Origin: Smithellaceae bacterium
GTDB taxonomy: Bacteria > Desulfobacterota > Syntrophia > Syntrophales > Smithellaceae
Length of the DNA stretch: 64,000 nucleotides
Direction of reading: 5' to 3'
Assembly (NCBI GenBank): GCA_963667845.2
Contig: CAXXVL010000002.1
Span: 2,496,001 to 2,560,000, forward strand
The notes under the pieces: model-generated
Told to the model about the DNA's origin: nothing
The model's input: only the letters and a program-made list of their open reading frames with translations
Database searches by the model: none
In this document: piece by piece, positions 19,504-30,172 of the stretch
Layout: every line of letters begins with the position of its first letter
Position numbering within the stretch: position 1 is the stretch's first letter
Position numbers and translations under genes: made by a program

Positions 19504-20556
19504 ATGGCTGAATGCTGCACCAACCCCCCTGACAATAGCAAGCCCGATAAGCGAAAGTATATTCCCTTTCTGCTGATACCGCTCGCGATTATCGTTTACA
19601 TATTTTTAGAGCCGGGCGTTGACTTCTTTGTTTATCGCTTGTTGCAGTTGGACAAGTCGGCTCATCTCACGGAAGCCATCCGGTTCTTTCTCTACGACAC
19701 GCCGAAGGTACTTATCCTTCTGACCGTTATTGTGTTTGTCGTGGGGATTATCCGGTCCTATTTTTCACCGGAAAAAACCAGAAAGGCCCTGGAAGGAAAA
19801 CCTTTGTTCATCGGCAATGTCATGGCCGCGTCACTGGGTATTCTGACGCCCTTTTGCACGTGTTCGGCGATACCGCTCTTTATCGGCTTTGTGGAAAGCG
19901 GCATTCCGCTGGGTGTCACCTTTTCGTTTCTGGTCGCCGCACCGATGATTAATGAAGTTGCGCTGGTCCTGCTTTTCGGCCTGTTCGGCTGGAAAACCGC
20001 GTTGCTTTATGCATCAACCGGTTGGCTGATTGCGATCATCTCCGGTTGGGTGATCGGCAGGCTCAAAGTGGAGCGCTACGTTGAAGAATGGGTTTATGAA
20101 ATTAAAACGGGTGATTTTCAAATAGAAGAAGCACATGTGACGTTTCACGATCGGATTCAAGCCGGCTATACGGCTGTTGTGGATATCGTTTCCAAAGTAT
20201 GGATCTACATCGTCGCGGGCATTGCCGTAGGCGCCGCCGTTCACGGCTATGTGCCGGAAAATTTCATGGCCTCCATCATGGGGAAGGAGGCGTGGTGGTC
20301 GGTGCCTCTGGCCGTGGCGATCGGTGTACCTCTTTATTCCAACGCAGCGGGGATCATCCCGATTCTTCAGGCGCTGCTCGAAAAGGGTGCGGCGCTCGGT
20401 ACCGCTCTGGCTTTTATGATGTCCGTCATCGGGCTGTCGCTGCCGGAAATGATCATCCTCAAGAAGGTGATCAAGCTGCCGCTCATTTTCATCTTTATCG
20501 GCGTCGTTGCCACAGGGATAATGATTGTGGGATTTCTGTTTAACTGGATTTACTGA
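19504..20556 (+). CDS. arsP: ArsP/DUF318 permease
   Basis: TPFCTCSAIP, GVTFSFL.AAPMINE, GLSLPEM. Confidence 0.88.
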   Translation: MAECCTNPPDNSKPDKRKYIPFLLIPLAIIVYIFLEPGVDFFVYRLLQLDKSAHLTEAIRFFLYDTPKVLILLTVIVFVVGIIRSYFSPEKTRKALEGKPLFIGNVMAASLGILTPFCTCSAIPLFIGFVESGIPLGVTFSFLVAAPMINEVALVLLFGLFGWKTALLYASTGWLIAIISGWVIGRLKVERYVEEWVYEIKTGDFQIEEAHVTFHDRIQAGYTAVVDIVSKVWIYIVAGIAVGAAVHGYVPENFMASIMGKEAWWSVPLAVAIGVPLYSNAAGIIPILQALLEKGAALGTALAFMMSVIGLSLPEMIILKKVIKLPLIFIFIGVVATGIMIVGFLFNWIY

Positions 20557-20625
20557 TGCAAAATGATCAACAAGTGATCCGGCAGGATATCCTGATGGAA
20601 ATATTCAATACTACGGAGGTTGATA

Positions 20626-21423
20626 ATGGGCGAGAAAATAGGAGCAAATGGTCTATCAGTTGGTTTTATCGGCGGCGGCCGGATTACACAGTTTCTTCTC
20701 ACCGCATGGGCGAAGCAGAGTAAATTCCCGGACAAGGTGTGGGTCTCTGACAGCAATGCGGACGTGCTGCAAAATGTGAAGAAGAAATTTTCGCAGATCG
20801 AAACAGTCCTTGCAGATAACAGCAAGCCGTCGTCCGGCGATCTGGTATTTCTCGCGCTGCATCCGCCGGCCATTGCTGCTGTTCTTGATGAAATCAAGGG
20901 TCTTTTGAAGCCAACGGCCATTCTGGTATCTCTGGCGCCGAAAGTCTCCATCGATAAAATATCATCGGCATTGGGCGGCTTCAGCAGAATCGTCCGCATG
21001 ATCCCGAATGCGCCGTCTATTATCAATGAAGGGTATAATCCTGTCTGCTTTGCTCCGGCGATCAGTGAGAGTGACCGGAAGGATCTTTCGCACTTGTTCG
21101 AGATATGGGGTGAAAGCCCGGAAGTGGAAGAAGAAAAACTCGAAGCTTACGCGATCCTTTCCGCCATGGGGCCGACGTACTTCTGGTTCCAGCTTCAAAA
21201 GCTTCGGTCGCTGGGAACTTCCTTCGGCCTGACGCCAAAGGAAACGGATCAGGCCTTGTATGAAATGATCAAGGGGGCGGCAAAGACACTTTTCCAGAGC
21301 GGACTTGCGTATGATGAGGTCGTCAATCTCGTACCCGTGAAGCCGCTTGGCGAAGAAGAGCAGGGCATTCGGCAGATTTATGAAGCACGCCTGACGGGGC
21401 TGTATGCAAAACTGAAAAGCTGA
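20626..21423 (+). CDS. Pyrroline-5-carboxylate reductase-like NAD(P) oxidoreductase
   Basis: GFIGGGRI Rossmann motif, VRMIPNAPS; GGAGG RBS. Confidence 0.8.
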   Translation: MGEKIGANGLSVGFIGGGRITQFLLTAWAKQSKFPDKVWVSDSNADVLQNVKKKFSQIETVLADNSKPSSGDLVFLALHPPAIAAVLDEIKGLLKPTAILVSLAPKVSIDKISSALGGFSRIVRMIPNAPSIINEGYNPVCFAPAISESDRKDLSHLFEIWGESPEVEEEKLEAYAILSAMGPTYFWFQLQKLRSLGTSFGLTPKETDQALYEMIKGAAKTLFQSGLAYDEVVNLVPVKPLGEEEQGIRQIYEARLTGLYAKLKS

Positions 21424-21529
21424 TGATCATTCAAGTGCCGATCCGCATAAAAGCATGATTCGTTGGAGAGGCACCATTGTAAGTCAGGAAACGCTGCGAA
21501 CATTGCCGTAAATTGAGGAACGATTAGAC

Positions 21530-22285
21530 TTGTCTGTTACCATTTATATTGTATGTGCGGCATCCGTTTTTCTATTTTCAGGACTCCTCGCTATGGCGGG
21601 GCTTGGCGCCGCTTTTATTTTCGTACCCCTGTTTTACTATCTGGGGGTGCCGCTGGCTGAGGCAGTGCCTACGGCACTTCTGCTCAATGTCGTGAGTTTG
21701 ATGTTTGCGACCGTCAATTATTATCGCGGCGGCATGATAAACTGGCGGATCGGTCTGCCCATCATGATCATGGCGGTTCTGCTCGCGCCTCTGGGCGCTC
21801 ATACGACACCCTTTGTGGACAAACGTCTTTTCCTCGGGATGTTTTCGGCCTTCCTGGTTTTCGCAGGGTGTATGATGCTCTTCTTTAAGCCGACACCACG
21901 CTTGCAGCCGCTCGGTCGGACCATCGAATCCAGCGCAGGGGTTGCAGTCGGTTCTGTGGCCGGATTTCTCGGGGGACTGCTGGGTGTCGGCGGCGGAAAT
22001 TTTATTGTGCCGGTTCTGAATGGGCTGGGTATGGATGCCAAGGTTGCCGCCGGAACCACGGCCATGGTGGTTGTGTTCGCGTCTTTGTCGGGCTTCCTGG
22101 GTCATGTTACCCTGGGTGGACTAAGCCCCGTTTTTCTGGGCGTCATGGCCGTGATGAGCGCGTTGGGCTCCATTGTCGGTTCACAGATGATGAAGACAAA
22201 GATTTCCAGCTCCCAATTGAAAAAGATCATCGGCGTGCTGCTCATGGTGATCGCCGCCAAGATGATTTATGACTTGATCAAATAA
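21530..22285 (+). CDS. TauE/SafE family transporter
   Basis: GLG..IFVP, GGLLGVGGG.FIVP, AAGT. Confidence 0.88.
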   Translation: MSVTIYIVCAASVFLFSGLLAMAGLGAAFIFVPLFYYLGVPLAEAVPTALLLNVVSLMFATVNYYRGGMINWRIGLPIMIMAVLLAPLGAHTTPFVDKRLFLGMFSAFLVFAGCMMLFFKPTPRLQPLGRTIESSAGVAVGSVAGFLGGLLGVGGGNFIVPVLNGLGMDAKVAAGTTAMVVVFASLSGFLGHVTLGGLSPVFLGVMAVMSALGSIVGSQMMKTKISSSQLKKIIGVLLMVIAAKMIYDLIK

Positions 22286-22397
22286 ACAAATATGGTGGTT
22301 ATTGTGAGGCGAATGCGTTTTGCCGGAGTATGTTGCACGATGCAAATAGGTTGTGACTAAGCAAAATTATTATCAATGACAGAAAAGGAGATACCTT

Positions 22398-22997
22398 ATG
22401 AACGAACTGAAAGAACTCTATGAGCTAGGATTGAAGTTTCACGGCCACAAGTGCCCGGCCATGCCCATGGGCATCAGGGCCGGTCTTGCCGCGCTGAATG
22501 CCCTGGGCGTAAAACGGGCGCAGGACAAGGAACTGGTCGTGGAGGCCGAAACGGGAGAGGGTCATGCCGCGGGCTGTTTTGTCGATGGCATCATGGTCGC
22601 CACCGGCGCCACCTACGGCAAGTCGAATATAAAGAAATTGAACTACAGCAAGATGGCTTTCACGCTCATCGACGCGGTTACGGACCGGGCTGTTCGCGTC
22701 TCGCTCAAGCCGGAGTTTTTCGAAAAGGCTCTGGCATCGCCCTTTGTGCAAAAAAGGAAAGAGGGCGTCCTGCCCCAGGATATTCCGGCGGACATCACCA
22801 ATCCCCAGGTCGACAGGATACTCGCCCTGCCGGATGCCGATTTCCTGAACGTGAGCGAAGTGTTCGTAAGGAAGCTGACCAAAGGCAAGGGGAATTTCGA
22901 GACCAAGAGATGTGCGAAGTGCGGTGAAGCTGTTTTTACGGACAAGTTGAAAGAGGGTGACGGCGGTAAGTTGTTCTGCATCCCATGCAGTCAGTAG
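22398..22997 (+). CDS. FmdE family protein with C-terminal zinc finger
   Basis: FHGHKCP, GCFVDG, CAKCGE...CIPC. Confidence 0.9.
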   Translation: MNELKELYELGLKFHGHKCPAMPMGIRAGLAALNALGVKRAQDKELVVEAETGEGHAAGCFVDGIMVATGATYGKSNIKKLNYSKMAFTLIDAVTDRAVRVSLKPEFFEKALASPFVQKRKEGVLPQDIPADITNPQVDRILALPDADFLNVSEVFVRKLTKGKGNFETKRCAKCGEAVFTDKLKEGDGGKLFCIPCSQ

Positions 22998-23067
22998 CGC
23001 GAGATAAAATAATCATGGTGAATTAAAAGTAGTCCACTATTCTTATGTTTGAAGGAGATTAGGATAC

Positions 23068-23511
23068 ATGAACTTGTTTTCGAAACAATTGATCACAACC
23101 GTTGTGCTGCTTGCGGCATTTACTTTCATTTCTATTTCAATGGATAGCCTCTCTGCCAGTGCCCAAAGCAATTCCGGTGTATCGACAGAAACAAAGACCG
23201 GTAATAAAGCATTGGCAAAGCGCGATAACGTTTTAGTCACTTTCGTTGAGATCGGTTCGGTGAACTGCATTCCCTGCAAGGCCATGCAGCCGATCATGAA
23301 GGCTGTAGAAGATGAGTACAAGGGGCAGGTGAAAGTAGTGTTTCATGATGTCTGGACATCCAAAGGAAAGCTCGACGCTGCAAAATATAATATCCGGATC
23401 ATTCCCACGCAGGTATTTCTGGACAAAGACGGCAAAGAATATTTCCGGCATGAGGGATACTATCCCAAAGTCGATGTGGTCAGAGTCCTCCAGATGCAGG
23501 GAGTCCGGTAA
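23068..23511 (+). CDS. Exported thioredoxin
   Basis: Signal peptide, CIPC, IIPTQVF. Confidence 0.9.
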   Translation: MNLFSKQLITTVVLLAAFTFISISMDSLSASAQSNSGVSTETKTGNKALAKRDNVLVTFVEIGSVNCIPCKAMQPIMKAVEDEYKGQVKVVFHDVWTSKGKLDAAKYNIRIIPTQVFLDKDGKEYFRHEGYYPKVDVVRVLQMQGVR

Positions 23512-24219
23512 ATGATTGTTGATCTGTTTACCTGGCTTTCGCATGCGCTCACGCAGACGCCGGCGATCGCCGTCATCGCCGCATTGATCTGGGGTGTACT
23601 TTCAGTTATTCTGTCACCCTGTCACATCGCGTGCATTCCCCTGATTGTCGGTTTCATTGACGGCCAGGGCAATATCACCACGCGGCGGGCCTTTGGTCTC
23701 TCGTTGCTCTTCGGGTTGGGTATTCTCATTACGATTGGGATGATCGGCCTCATTACCGGCCTTGCCGGAAGGATGATCGGCGACATCGGCGGCTATGGTA
23801 ATTATTTTGTCGCAATTATATTTTTTGCCATCGGTCTTAACTTGCTGGATATTCTGCCGCTGCCTTTTATGGAAGGCGGCGCGAATCCCAATTATCAGCG
23901 GAAGGGATTGCTGGCCGCTTTCGTGCTGGGTCTTTTATTCGGCATTGCACTGGGACCTTGCACGTTTGCTTACATGGCTACGATGCTGGGCGTTGTTTTC
24001 AGTATCGCTTCGACGAAAATTGTTTTTGCGCTTTCGCTTCTTCTGGCATACGGTATCGGACACTGCGCTGTCCTGGTTTTGGCCGGCACTTTTACTGAAG
24101 TCGTCCAGCACTACCTCCGCTGGACGGAAAAGTCGAGAGGTGCGCTGATCCTGAAAAAGATTTGCGGCGTCCTGGTGGTTTTGGCTGGTGTCTATCTGAT
24201 TGCACTGAACTGGATTTAA
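23512..24219 (+). CDS. CcdA/DsbD transmembrane disulfide transporter
   Basis: LSPCHIA.IP and LGPCT motifs. Confidence 0.88.
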   Translation: MIVDLFTWLSHALTQTPAIAVIAALIWGVLSVILSPCHIACIPLIVGFIDGQGNITTRRAFGLSLLFGLGILITIGMIGLITGLAGRMIGDIGGYGNYFVAIIFFAIGLNLLDILPLPFMEGGANPNYQRKGLLAAFVLGLLFGIALGPCTFAYMATMLGVVFSIASTKIVFALSLLLAYGIGHCAVLVLAGTFTEVVQHYLRWTEKSRGALILKKICGVLVVLAGVYLIALNWI

Positions 24220-24234
24220 AGCATTGACGGGAAG

Positions 24235-24654
24235 ATGATGAAACGAAGGGTCTTGTTTTTATGCACCGCGAACTCCTGCCGCTCACAGATGGCAGAGGGT
24301 ATGGCCAATTGTTTCTTCGGCGATCGGGTTGAGGCATTTTCCGCCGGCACTCAGGCCTCTTTTGTTAACCCGACGGCGATTGAAGTGCTGAAAGAAATCG
24401 GCGTTGATATTTCAAACCATCAATCCAAGGTTCTTTCGGTATTCGATGGACAGCGTTTTGATGATGTGATCACGCTTTGCGGCAGCGCGAATGAAGTCTG
24501 CCCGCTGTATATCGGAGGGACGAAAAGGACGCATCTCGGCTTTGACGATCCGGCCAAGACTAGCGGCACGAAGGAGGAAGTCCTGGGCGAGTTCCGCCGT
24601 GTGCGCGATGAAATAAGAAAAGAGTTGGCATTATTATTTTCCGGCAAAGATTGA
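24235..24654 (+). CDS. arsC: Thioredoxin-coupled arsenate reductase
   Basis: CTANSCRSQMAEG, TLC...VCP, FDDP, FRRVRDEI. Confidence 0.92.
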   Translation: MMKRRVLFLCTANSCRSQMAEGMANCFFGDRVEAFSAGTQASFVNPTAIEVLKEIGVDISNHQSKVLSVFDGQRFDDVITLCGSANEVCPLYIGGTKRTHLGFDDPAKTSGTKEEVLGEFRRVRDEIRKELALLFSGKD

Positions 24655-24682
24655 TCGATATTCAGAACGGGAGTATAAATCC

Positions 24683-25195
24683 ATGCAGGCAAAGATCAGT
24701 CAAATCAGTGTAGGCGGTCATCTCACGGGAGTCGTCGGTCTTGATGAAGCCCTGAGCGAAGTGGCGGGGTCATTAAAGAAAGATGCCGGCGAGACCGAAA
24801 TTGCCCGGGAGATCATGCGCTGGATTGCCGAAAAGAATTATATTCCCGACAAACTGCTGCCGGCTTATAGTGCGGCTGTCATCCGGGAATACAAAAAATA
24901 TCTGGGGCAGGCTGTCGAGGAAGAACGATCTGATGAGTTGCGGGTTGTCATTTTAGGCCCCGGCTGTTACCAGTGCACGTCTCTGGAAACAGGGGTGCGG
25001 GATATCATGGCCGAAATGAATCTGGCAGGAGATCTGGAGCACGTAACCGATGTGCAGGAAATTGCCCGGTACGGCGTTATAGGGGTCCCGGCTCTCGTGA
25101 TCAATAAGAAAATCGTTTCCACGGGCGTTGTCCCGGACAAGAAAAAAATCCGCGAGTGGCTTGCGGAAGCGGCGGGGCAATGCGGCATGAAATAA
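24683..25195 (+). CDS. Thioredoxin_3 domain protein with N-terminal extension
   Basis: ILGPGCYQC, YGVIGVPALVIN. Confidence 0.85.
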   Translation: MQAKISQISVGGHLTGVVGLDEALSEVAGSLKKDAGETEIAREIMRWIAEKNYIPDKLLPAYSAAVIREYKKYLGQAVEEERSDELRVVILGPGCYQCTSLETGVRDIMAEMNLAGDLEHVTDVQEIARYGVIGVPALVINKKIVSTGVVPDKKKIREWLAEAAGQCGMK

Positions 25196-25280
25196 TCATT
25201 CTATAGAAAGCAGGTTCGCTCTATATTATTTTATGGGCTGCATAAAAAGAGACACCATCGAAGAAAGGAGAATTCCAAAA

Positions 25281-26390
25281 ATGAATGAACAGAATCTACC
25301 CCAAGCAGAGCCGAAGCGGTTAAATGTGTTCGAACGATATCTCACGGTGTGGGTGTTGATCTGTATGGTGGTTGGTGTGGCTCTGGGCAAATTCCTGCCC
25401 GGGCTTATTGCATCGCTCAGTGCCATGGAGTTCGGCAAAGGCTCTCAAGTCAACGTGCCTATTGCCATTCTGATCTGGCTCATGATTTTCCCGATGATGC
25501 TGAAGATCGACTTCGGGTCCTTGGGTGGCATCGCGAAAAAACCCAAAGGGCTGCTCGTGACCTTGTTTGTCAATTGGCTGGTGAAGCCCTTCAGCATGGC
25601 CTTTCTGGCCTGGATTTTTTTCCATTTTATTTTTTCGGCCTGGGTTGATCCGGAGACGGCCAAGAGTTACACGGCCGGTCTCATTATCCTGGCCGCGGCC
25701 CCCTGCACGGCGATGGTCTTCGTCTGGTCGTATCTGACGGATGGCGATCCCGCCTACACGCTGGTGCAGGTCGCGGTGAACGACCTCATTATGCTTGTCG
25801 CTTTTGCGCCGATCGTCATGTTTCTGCTCGGGGTGGCCAATGTGATTGTCCCTTCCAAAGTGCTGATCACGTCGGTCGTCGTCTTCATCGTTATTCCCCT
25901 TGCTGCCGGTTATATCACACGTACTGCCTTATTGAAGGTCTACGGCAAGGAATGGTTTGAGAATAAATTTCTGCCCGTGTTTCATCCGGTGACCGTTGTC
26001 GCGCTTCTTTTGACGCTTTTGCTTATTTTTGCCTTCCAGGCGGAAAACCTTACCACAAAATGGGTTGCGGTGATTCTGATTGCCGTGCCGATTATCATTC
26101 AAGTTTATTTTAATTCCGGTTTGACTTACATGCTCATGCGCGCCTTCAAAGTTCAGCACAATGTGGCATCGCCGGGGGCACTCATCGGAGCAAGTAATTT
26201 CTTTGAATTGGCCGTGGCTGTGGCCATCACGCTTTTCGGCCCGAGTTCCGGAGCGGCGCTGGCTTGCGTGGTCGGCGTATTGGTGGAAGTGCCGGTCATG
26301 TTATCCGTCTGCAGTATCTGCAACCGGTCCCGGCCCTGGTACAGCCGCGTATTGTCCGGGCCGCAGGCGGACGTTTGTGAAAATCGGTAG
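25281..26390 (+). CDS. acr3: Acr3 arsenite efflux pump
   Basis: FERYLTVWV, APCTAMVFVW, GASNFFELA, VEVPVML. Confidence 0.95.
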   Translation: MNEQNLPQAEPKRLNVFERYLTVWVLICMVVGVALGKFLPGLIASLSAMEFGKGSQVNVPIAILIWLMIFPMMLKIDFGSLGGIAKKPKGLLVTLFVNWLVKPFSMAFLAWIFFHFIFSAWVDPETAKSYTAGLIILAAAPCTAMVFVWSYLTDGDPAYTLVQVAVNDLIMLVAFAPIVMFLLGVANVIVPSKVLITSVVVFIVIPLAAGYITRTALLKVYGKEWFENKFLPVFHPVTVVALLLTLLLIFAFQAENLTTKWVAVILIAVPIIIQVYFNSGLTYMLMRAFKVQHNVASPGALIGASNFFELAVAVAITLFGPSSGAALACVVGVLVEVPVMLSVCSICNRSRPWYSRVLSGPQADVCENR

Positions 26391-26477
26391 TCCGGCAGTG
26401 TCCAAATGTGAACGTTGCGCCGGCATAGAAACCGGTGGGGGATGTAACTCTAATTCGTAGGGGAGGTAAGTTTTAGA

Positions 26478-27101
26478 ATGGTCAGGATGATTAAATTACC
26501 GTTGCTTGTTGTCTGTTGTTTGGGTCTGAATATCCTGTTGGCTTTTTCGGGTTCTTTTACGGAGGCTTTTGGGCAGGATGCCGACCGGATGATTCCGTCT
26601 GTCGGCAAAGGTCCCTATGAAGTGATCATGTATTCCGACTATTTCTGCCCGCCCTGCAGGACGATTGATTTGAAGGCCGAGCCGCTGTTGAAGGAATTGC
26701 TGGTGACGGGAAAGGTGAAAATTACGTTTGTCGATGTTCCGTTTCATAAAGAGACGCCGCTTTATGTCCGTGTTTTTCTTTATGCCGTAAACGCCGGGGC
26801 AGGCGATGAAGAAATATTGCGCGTCCGCCGGATCCTTTTCGTTGCCGCCCAGGAAAAGCGGATTGACGACCGCGAGGCGCTTATGGCCTATATGAAAGAG
26901 CAGAAGGTTGCCTTGAAGTCCTTTGAGGTGAAGCCCGTCTTCAGCCGGCTGAGCCAGATGATTAAACAATATAAAGTCGATGAGTCGCCGACATGCGTCA
27001 TTCGCTACTCGGCCACCGATGAAAAGAAATACGGCGGAACGGAAGAAATCTGGGATGGGTTGACGAAATTAAAAACGCATCTGACGAACGGGAATAAATA
27101 A
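26478..27101 (+). CDS. DsbA-like exported thioredoxin-fold protein
   Basis: Signal peptide, YSDYFCPPC, SPT cis-Pro motif. Confidence 0.82.
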   Translation: MVRMIKLPLLVVCCLGLNILLAFSGSFTEAFGQDADRMIPSVGKGPYEVIMYSDYFCPPCRTIDLKAEPLLKELLVTGKVKITFVDVPFHKETPLYVRVFLYAVNAGAGDEEILRVRRILFVAAQEKRIDDREALMAYMKEQKVALKSFEVKPVFSRLSQMIKQYKVDESPTCVIRYSATDEKKYGGTEEIWDGLTKLKTHLTNGNK

Positions 27102-27360
27102 CGCAGGGTAAGCCGGAGCGGTCACAAACAGTTCTGAAAGAGTGGCGGATATGTCAGAATGTCCCAGTTTACGGTGAAGCATTCTGTTGTTTTAACATTA
27201 AGATATTGAGCAGGTTACCAGCTCCGGACATGGATAGATACTATCCAAGCGGATATCTCAACTGCATATGTTTTACCCAGACCGCGCAAGGACTGTTTCC
27301 AAATTGGTATCCAGCTTTAAATAACTTCATAAAATTATCATGTTACATTTTGCATTTCCC

Positions 27361-27376
27361 GGGCATGCTCCTTGCG
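27361..27376 (+). promoter_or_regulatory. Sigma-54 (-24/-12) promoter
   Basis: GGGCATGCTCCTTGCG: GG-N10-GC spacing, AT-rich tract upstream. Confidence 0.6.
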
Positions 27377-27480
27377 TAACACAATGCCGGTAATTACTAT
27401 AGTCAAAACATCAATATGAATAATTTTTGGATGAACAACCGTCCCCGTCCATCGGATCAAATGGAGAAAGGATTAACACA

Positions 27481-28182
27481 GTGGCATTAATCAAAGCACA
27501 GAACATCACGAAAGACTATCAGACAGAAGACGTGGTGGTTCATGCCCTCCGGGAGGTGGACTTTGAAATCGAACCCGCCTCGTTCGTTTCGTTTGTCGGG
27601 CCTTCGGGCAGCGGCAAGACGACCATTCTTAATCTCATCGGCTGCCTGGACAAGCCGTCCGCCGGGAACCTGCGCATCGCGGATACAGATGTCATCGGCC
27701 TGGGGCGCAAGGAAAGCGCCGCCTTCCGGGGCAAACATCTCGGGTTTATCTTTCAGGACTTCAACCTGATTCCCGTTCTCACGGTTTACGAAAATATCGA
27801 ATATCCGCTGATCATGGTCCAGAACATCGCCCGCGAGGAGCGTGAGGAGCGCATTGCCCGCCTGTTGGCCGCTGTCGATATGAGGGATCAGGCCCACAAA
27901 TACCCGCATCAGGTATCGGGCGGCCAGAAGCAGCGGGTCGCCATCGCGCGGGCGCTGGTGACCAATCCCGCCCTGGTCCTGGCTGACGAACCCACAGCCA
28001 ATCTTGATTCGCAGACAGCCTATGCCGTGATCGGGCTGATGAAGAAAATGCGCGACGATTTCGGGACGACGTTTATCTTCTCCACCCACGATACCAAGAT
28101 CGTCGGTGAGGCGGAAGTTATCTTCCGGTTGGAAGACGGCAGGCTGACTGCAAAAGAGATGAGAGGAGGGGCAAAGTCATGA
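27481..28182 (+). CDS. ABC transporter ATPase, LolD/MacB type
   Basis: [35 protein letters not shown] 27481 after AAGGA. Confidence 0.93.
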   Translation: MALIKAQNITKDYQTEDVVVHALREVDFEIEPASFVSFVGPSGSGKTTILNLIGCLDKPSAGNLRIADTDVIGLGRKESAAFRGKHLGFIFQDFNLIPVLTVYENIEYPLIMVQNIAREEREERIARLLAAVDMRDQAHKYPHQVSGGQKQRVAIARALVTNPALVLADEPTANLDSQTAYAVIGLMKKMRDDFGTTFIFSTHDTKIVGEAEVIFRLEDGRLTAKEMRGGAKS

Positions 28183-29417
28183 TGAACCTGTTTAAAATTG
28201 CCATCCGCAATCTCATCCGCTACAAACGAAGAACTCTGCTGACGGCATCACTCATCACCATCGGGGTTGTTTTCGTTCTCGTCTTTGTCTCGATCACCGG
28301 CTCTTTCAAATCCATGATGATCGGACAGATCACCGATTCCATGCTGGGGCATCTCCAGATCCACCGCAAGGGGTATGTTGCTTCCATTGACAATCTGCCC
28401 CTGAATCTCAATATGAAACCCAAGGCCTATGCAAAGATTGCCTCTGTGCTCGGACAAACGCCGGAAGTGGCCGCTTTTTCACCCCGCCTGAAATTCGGGG
28501 GCATGTTCAGTAACTTTACGGAGACGACCAATATCCGCTTAAACGGCATCTATCCGGACCGGGAGTTTAAAACCGTTCCTTTATTGCCCTCACGAATATC
28601 CGAGGGGAAAAAGACTCTGAACCGCGGCGAAATATGGGTTCCGGCGCTGCTGGCAAAAGGCCTGAAGGTCAAGCTGGGCGACACGGTTGTTATTGTGGCG
28701 ACCAACGCGGACGGCTCCGTCAACGGCAAGCAGTTTATTGTCTCCGGGATTCTGGAGAGCGCCACGGGGCCGGGCGGACGTGACGGATATATTCACATTG
28801 AGGATGCTGCCGAAGTTCTCCGCATGCCGGAGGCGGAAATAAGCGAAGTGGCGATCCGTCTCAAAGATTTCGGCCGCCTTCCCGCAGCCGTTAAACGTCT
28901 GGAAGGAAAACTTGCAGGCGTTGTAAACCCGGAGGGGAGGCCGATGTTCGAGGTGCACTCGTGGGAACAGCTCTCGCCGTTCTTCAACATCGCCCGGATG
29001 ATCGACGTCATGACCTTCTTTATCAAAATCATGCTGATTGCGATTGTTCTCATCAGCATTATGAATGTTATGATTATGGCTGTTTATGAACGGATTCGGG
29101 AAATCGGCACGATCGCCGCCATCGGCACGCTGCCCGGAAGAATCCGTTCCATGTTCATCATCGAGGGGTTCTGCCTCGGTATCGTCGGCGCCGTGATTGG
29201 CGGTCTGCTGGGCAGTGCCGTTATCCTGATCGTCAATCTTGTCGGCATCCGCTTTGATTTCGGCCAGCAGCAGGGGCTTCTGTTGAAGGCGACCCTGCAG
29301 CCGTCTGATTTGCTGACCGTATCCATTATCGTTATTGTTGTCGCCGTGGCGGCGAGCCTCCAGCCGGCCGTTAAGGCATCCAGGATGGAGCCGATTGAGG
29401 CCCTGCGCCATGTTTAA
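28179..29417 (+). CDS. ABC permease, LolC/E-FtsX type
   Basis: IAIRNL..KRRTLL, VYERIREIGT, PIEALRH. Confidence 0.92.
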   Translation: MMNLFKIAIRNLIRYKRRTLLTASLITIGVVFVLVFVSITGSFKSMMIGQITDSMLGHLQIHRKGYVASIDNLPLNLNMKPKAYAKIASVLGQTPEVAAFSPRLKFGGMFSNFTETTNIRLNGIYPDREFKTVPLLPSRISEGKKTLNRGEIWVPALLAKGLKVKLGDTVVIVATNADGSVNGKQFIVSGILESATGPGGRDGYIHIEDAAEVLRMPEAEISEVAIRLKDFGRLPAAVKRLEGKLAGVVNPEGRPMFEVHSWEQLSPFFNIARMIDVMTFFIKIMLIAIVLISIMNVMIMAVYERIREIGTIAAIGTLPGRIRSMFIIEGFCLGIVGAVIGGLLGSAVILIVNLVGIRFDFGQQQGLLLKATLQPSDLLTVSIIVIVVAVAASLQPAVKASRMEPIEALRHV

Positions 29418-29434
29418 TCTCAAGGGAGAATAAT

Positions 29435-30172
29435 ATGATTAAAAAAATATTGCTGATTATCCTGTTGATTGTATCTGTCGCCTGTCCCGTCTTTGCCTTG
29501 GAGGGCAAGGCGCTTCTTACGCAGGTGGACAGAAACCTTTCTCCCGAATCCTACGAGTCGTATCGGAAGCTGATCAATATCGAACCCGACGGCAGGAAGA
29601 AGGAATTTACGCTTTTCACGGTGAAGAAGGGCGTTGATAAGGTTGCCTCCGTATTTGTCGCTCCGGCCAGTGAAAAAGGCCGCAGCACCCTGCGGCTGGG
29701 CGATAATATGTGGCTCAATATCCCTAATGTCGGCAAGCCGGTTCGCATCACCAGTCTGCAATCCGTCGTAGGCGGGGTATTTAACAATGCCGATATTCTT
29801 CAGTTGGATTACGCCGCGGAATACGATGTGGAAAAGGTGGACGAGCAGGGTAAGGAATATCTTCTCTACCTTAAGGCTAAGACCAAAACGGTGGCCTATG
29901 ACAGGCTCAAAATTTGGGCAGACAAGGACAAAAAGCTGCCGACAAAGATTGAATGCCTGACGGAGAAAGACATGCTCATCAAAACCCTCTACTTTAAGGA
30001 CGTAAAAGATTTCGGCGGCGGCATCGTCCGTCCGGCCGTCATTGAAACGGACAGCCCCCTTTATAAAAATTACAAGTCCGTCATGATTTACGCCAAAGTC
30101 AAAAAGAAAATATTCAAGGACGAGGTTTTCACGCTGACCTTCATGCCGAATCTGGAATCACTGCGACAATGA
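29435..30172 (+). CDS. LolA-like lipoprotein-sorting protein
   Basis: Signal peptide, F.APASEKG...NMW pattern, operon context. Confidence 0.85.
   Translation: MIKKILLIILLIVSVACPVFALEGKALLTQVDRNLSPESYESYRKLINIEPDGRKKEFTLFTVKKGVDKVASVFVAPASEKGRSTLRLGDNMWLNIPNVGKPVRITSLQSVVGGVFNNADILQLDYAAEYDVEKVDEQGKEYLLYLKAKTKTVAYDRLKIWADKDKKLPTKIECLTEKDMLIKTLYFKDVKDFGGGIVRPAVIETDSPLYKNYKSVMIYAKVKKKIFKDEVFTLTFMPNLESLRQ

Noticed and set aside
18905..27101. Selenocysteine read-through in redox proteins
   Set aside because: CxxC and catalytic Cys are ordinary codons; TGA stops fall at expected protein ends
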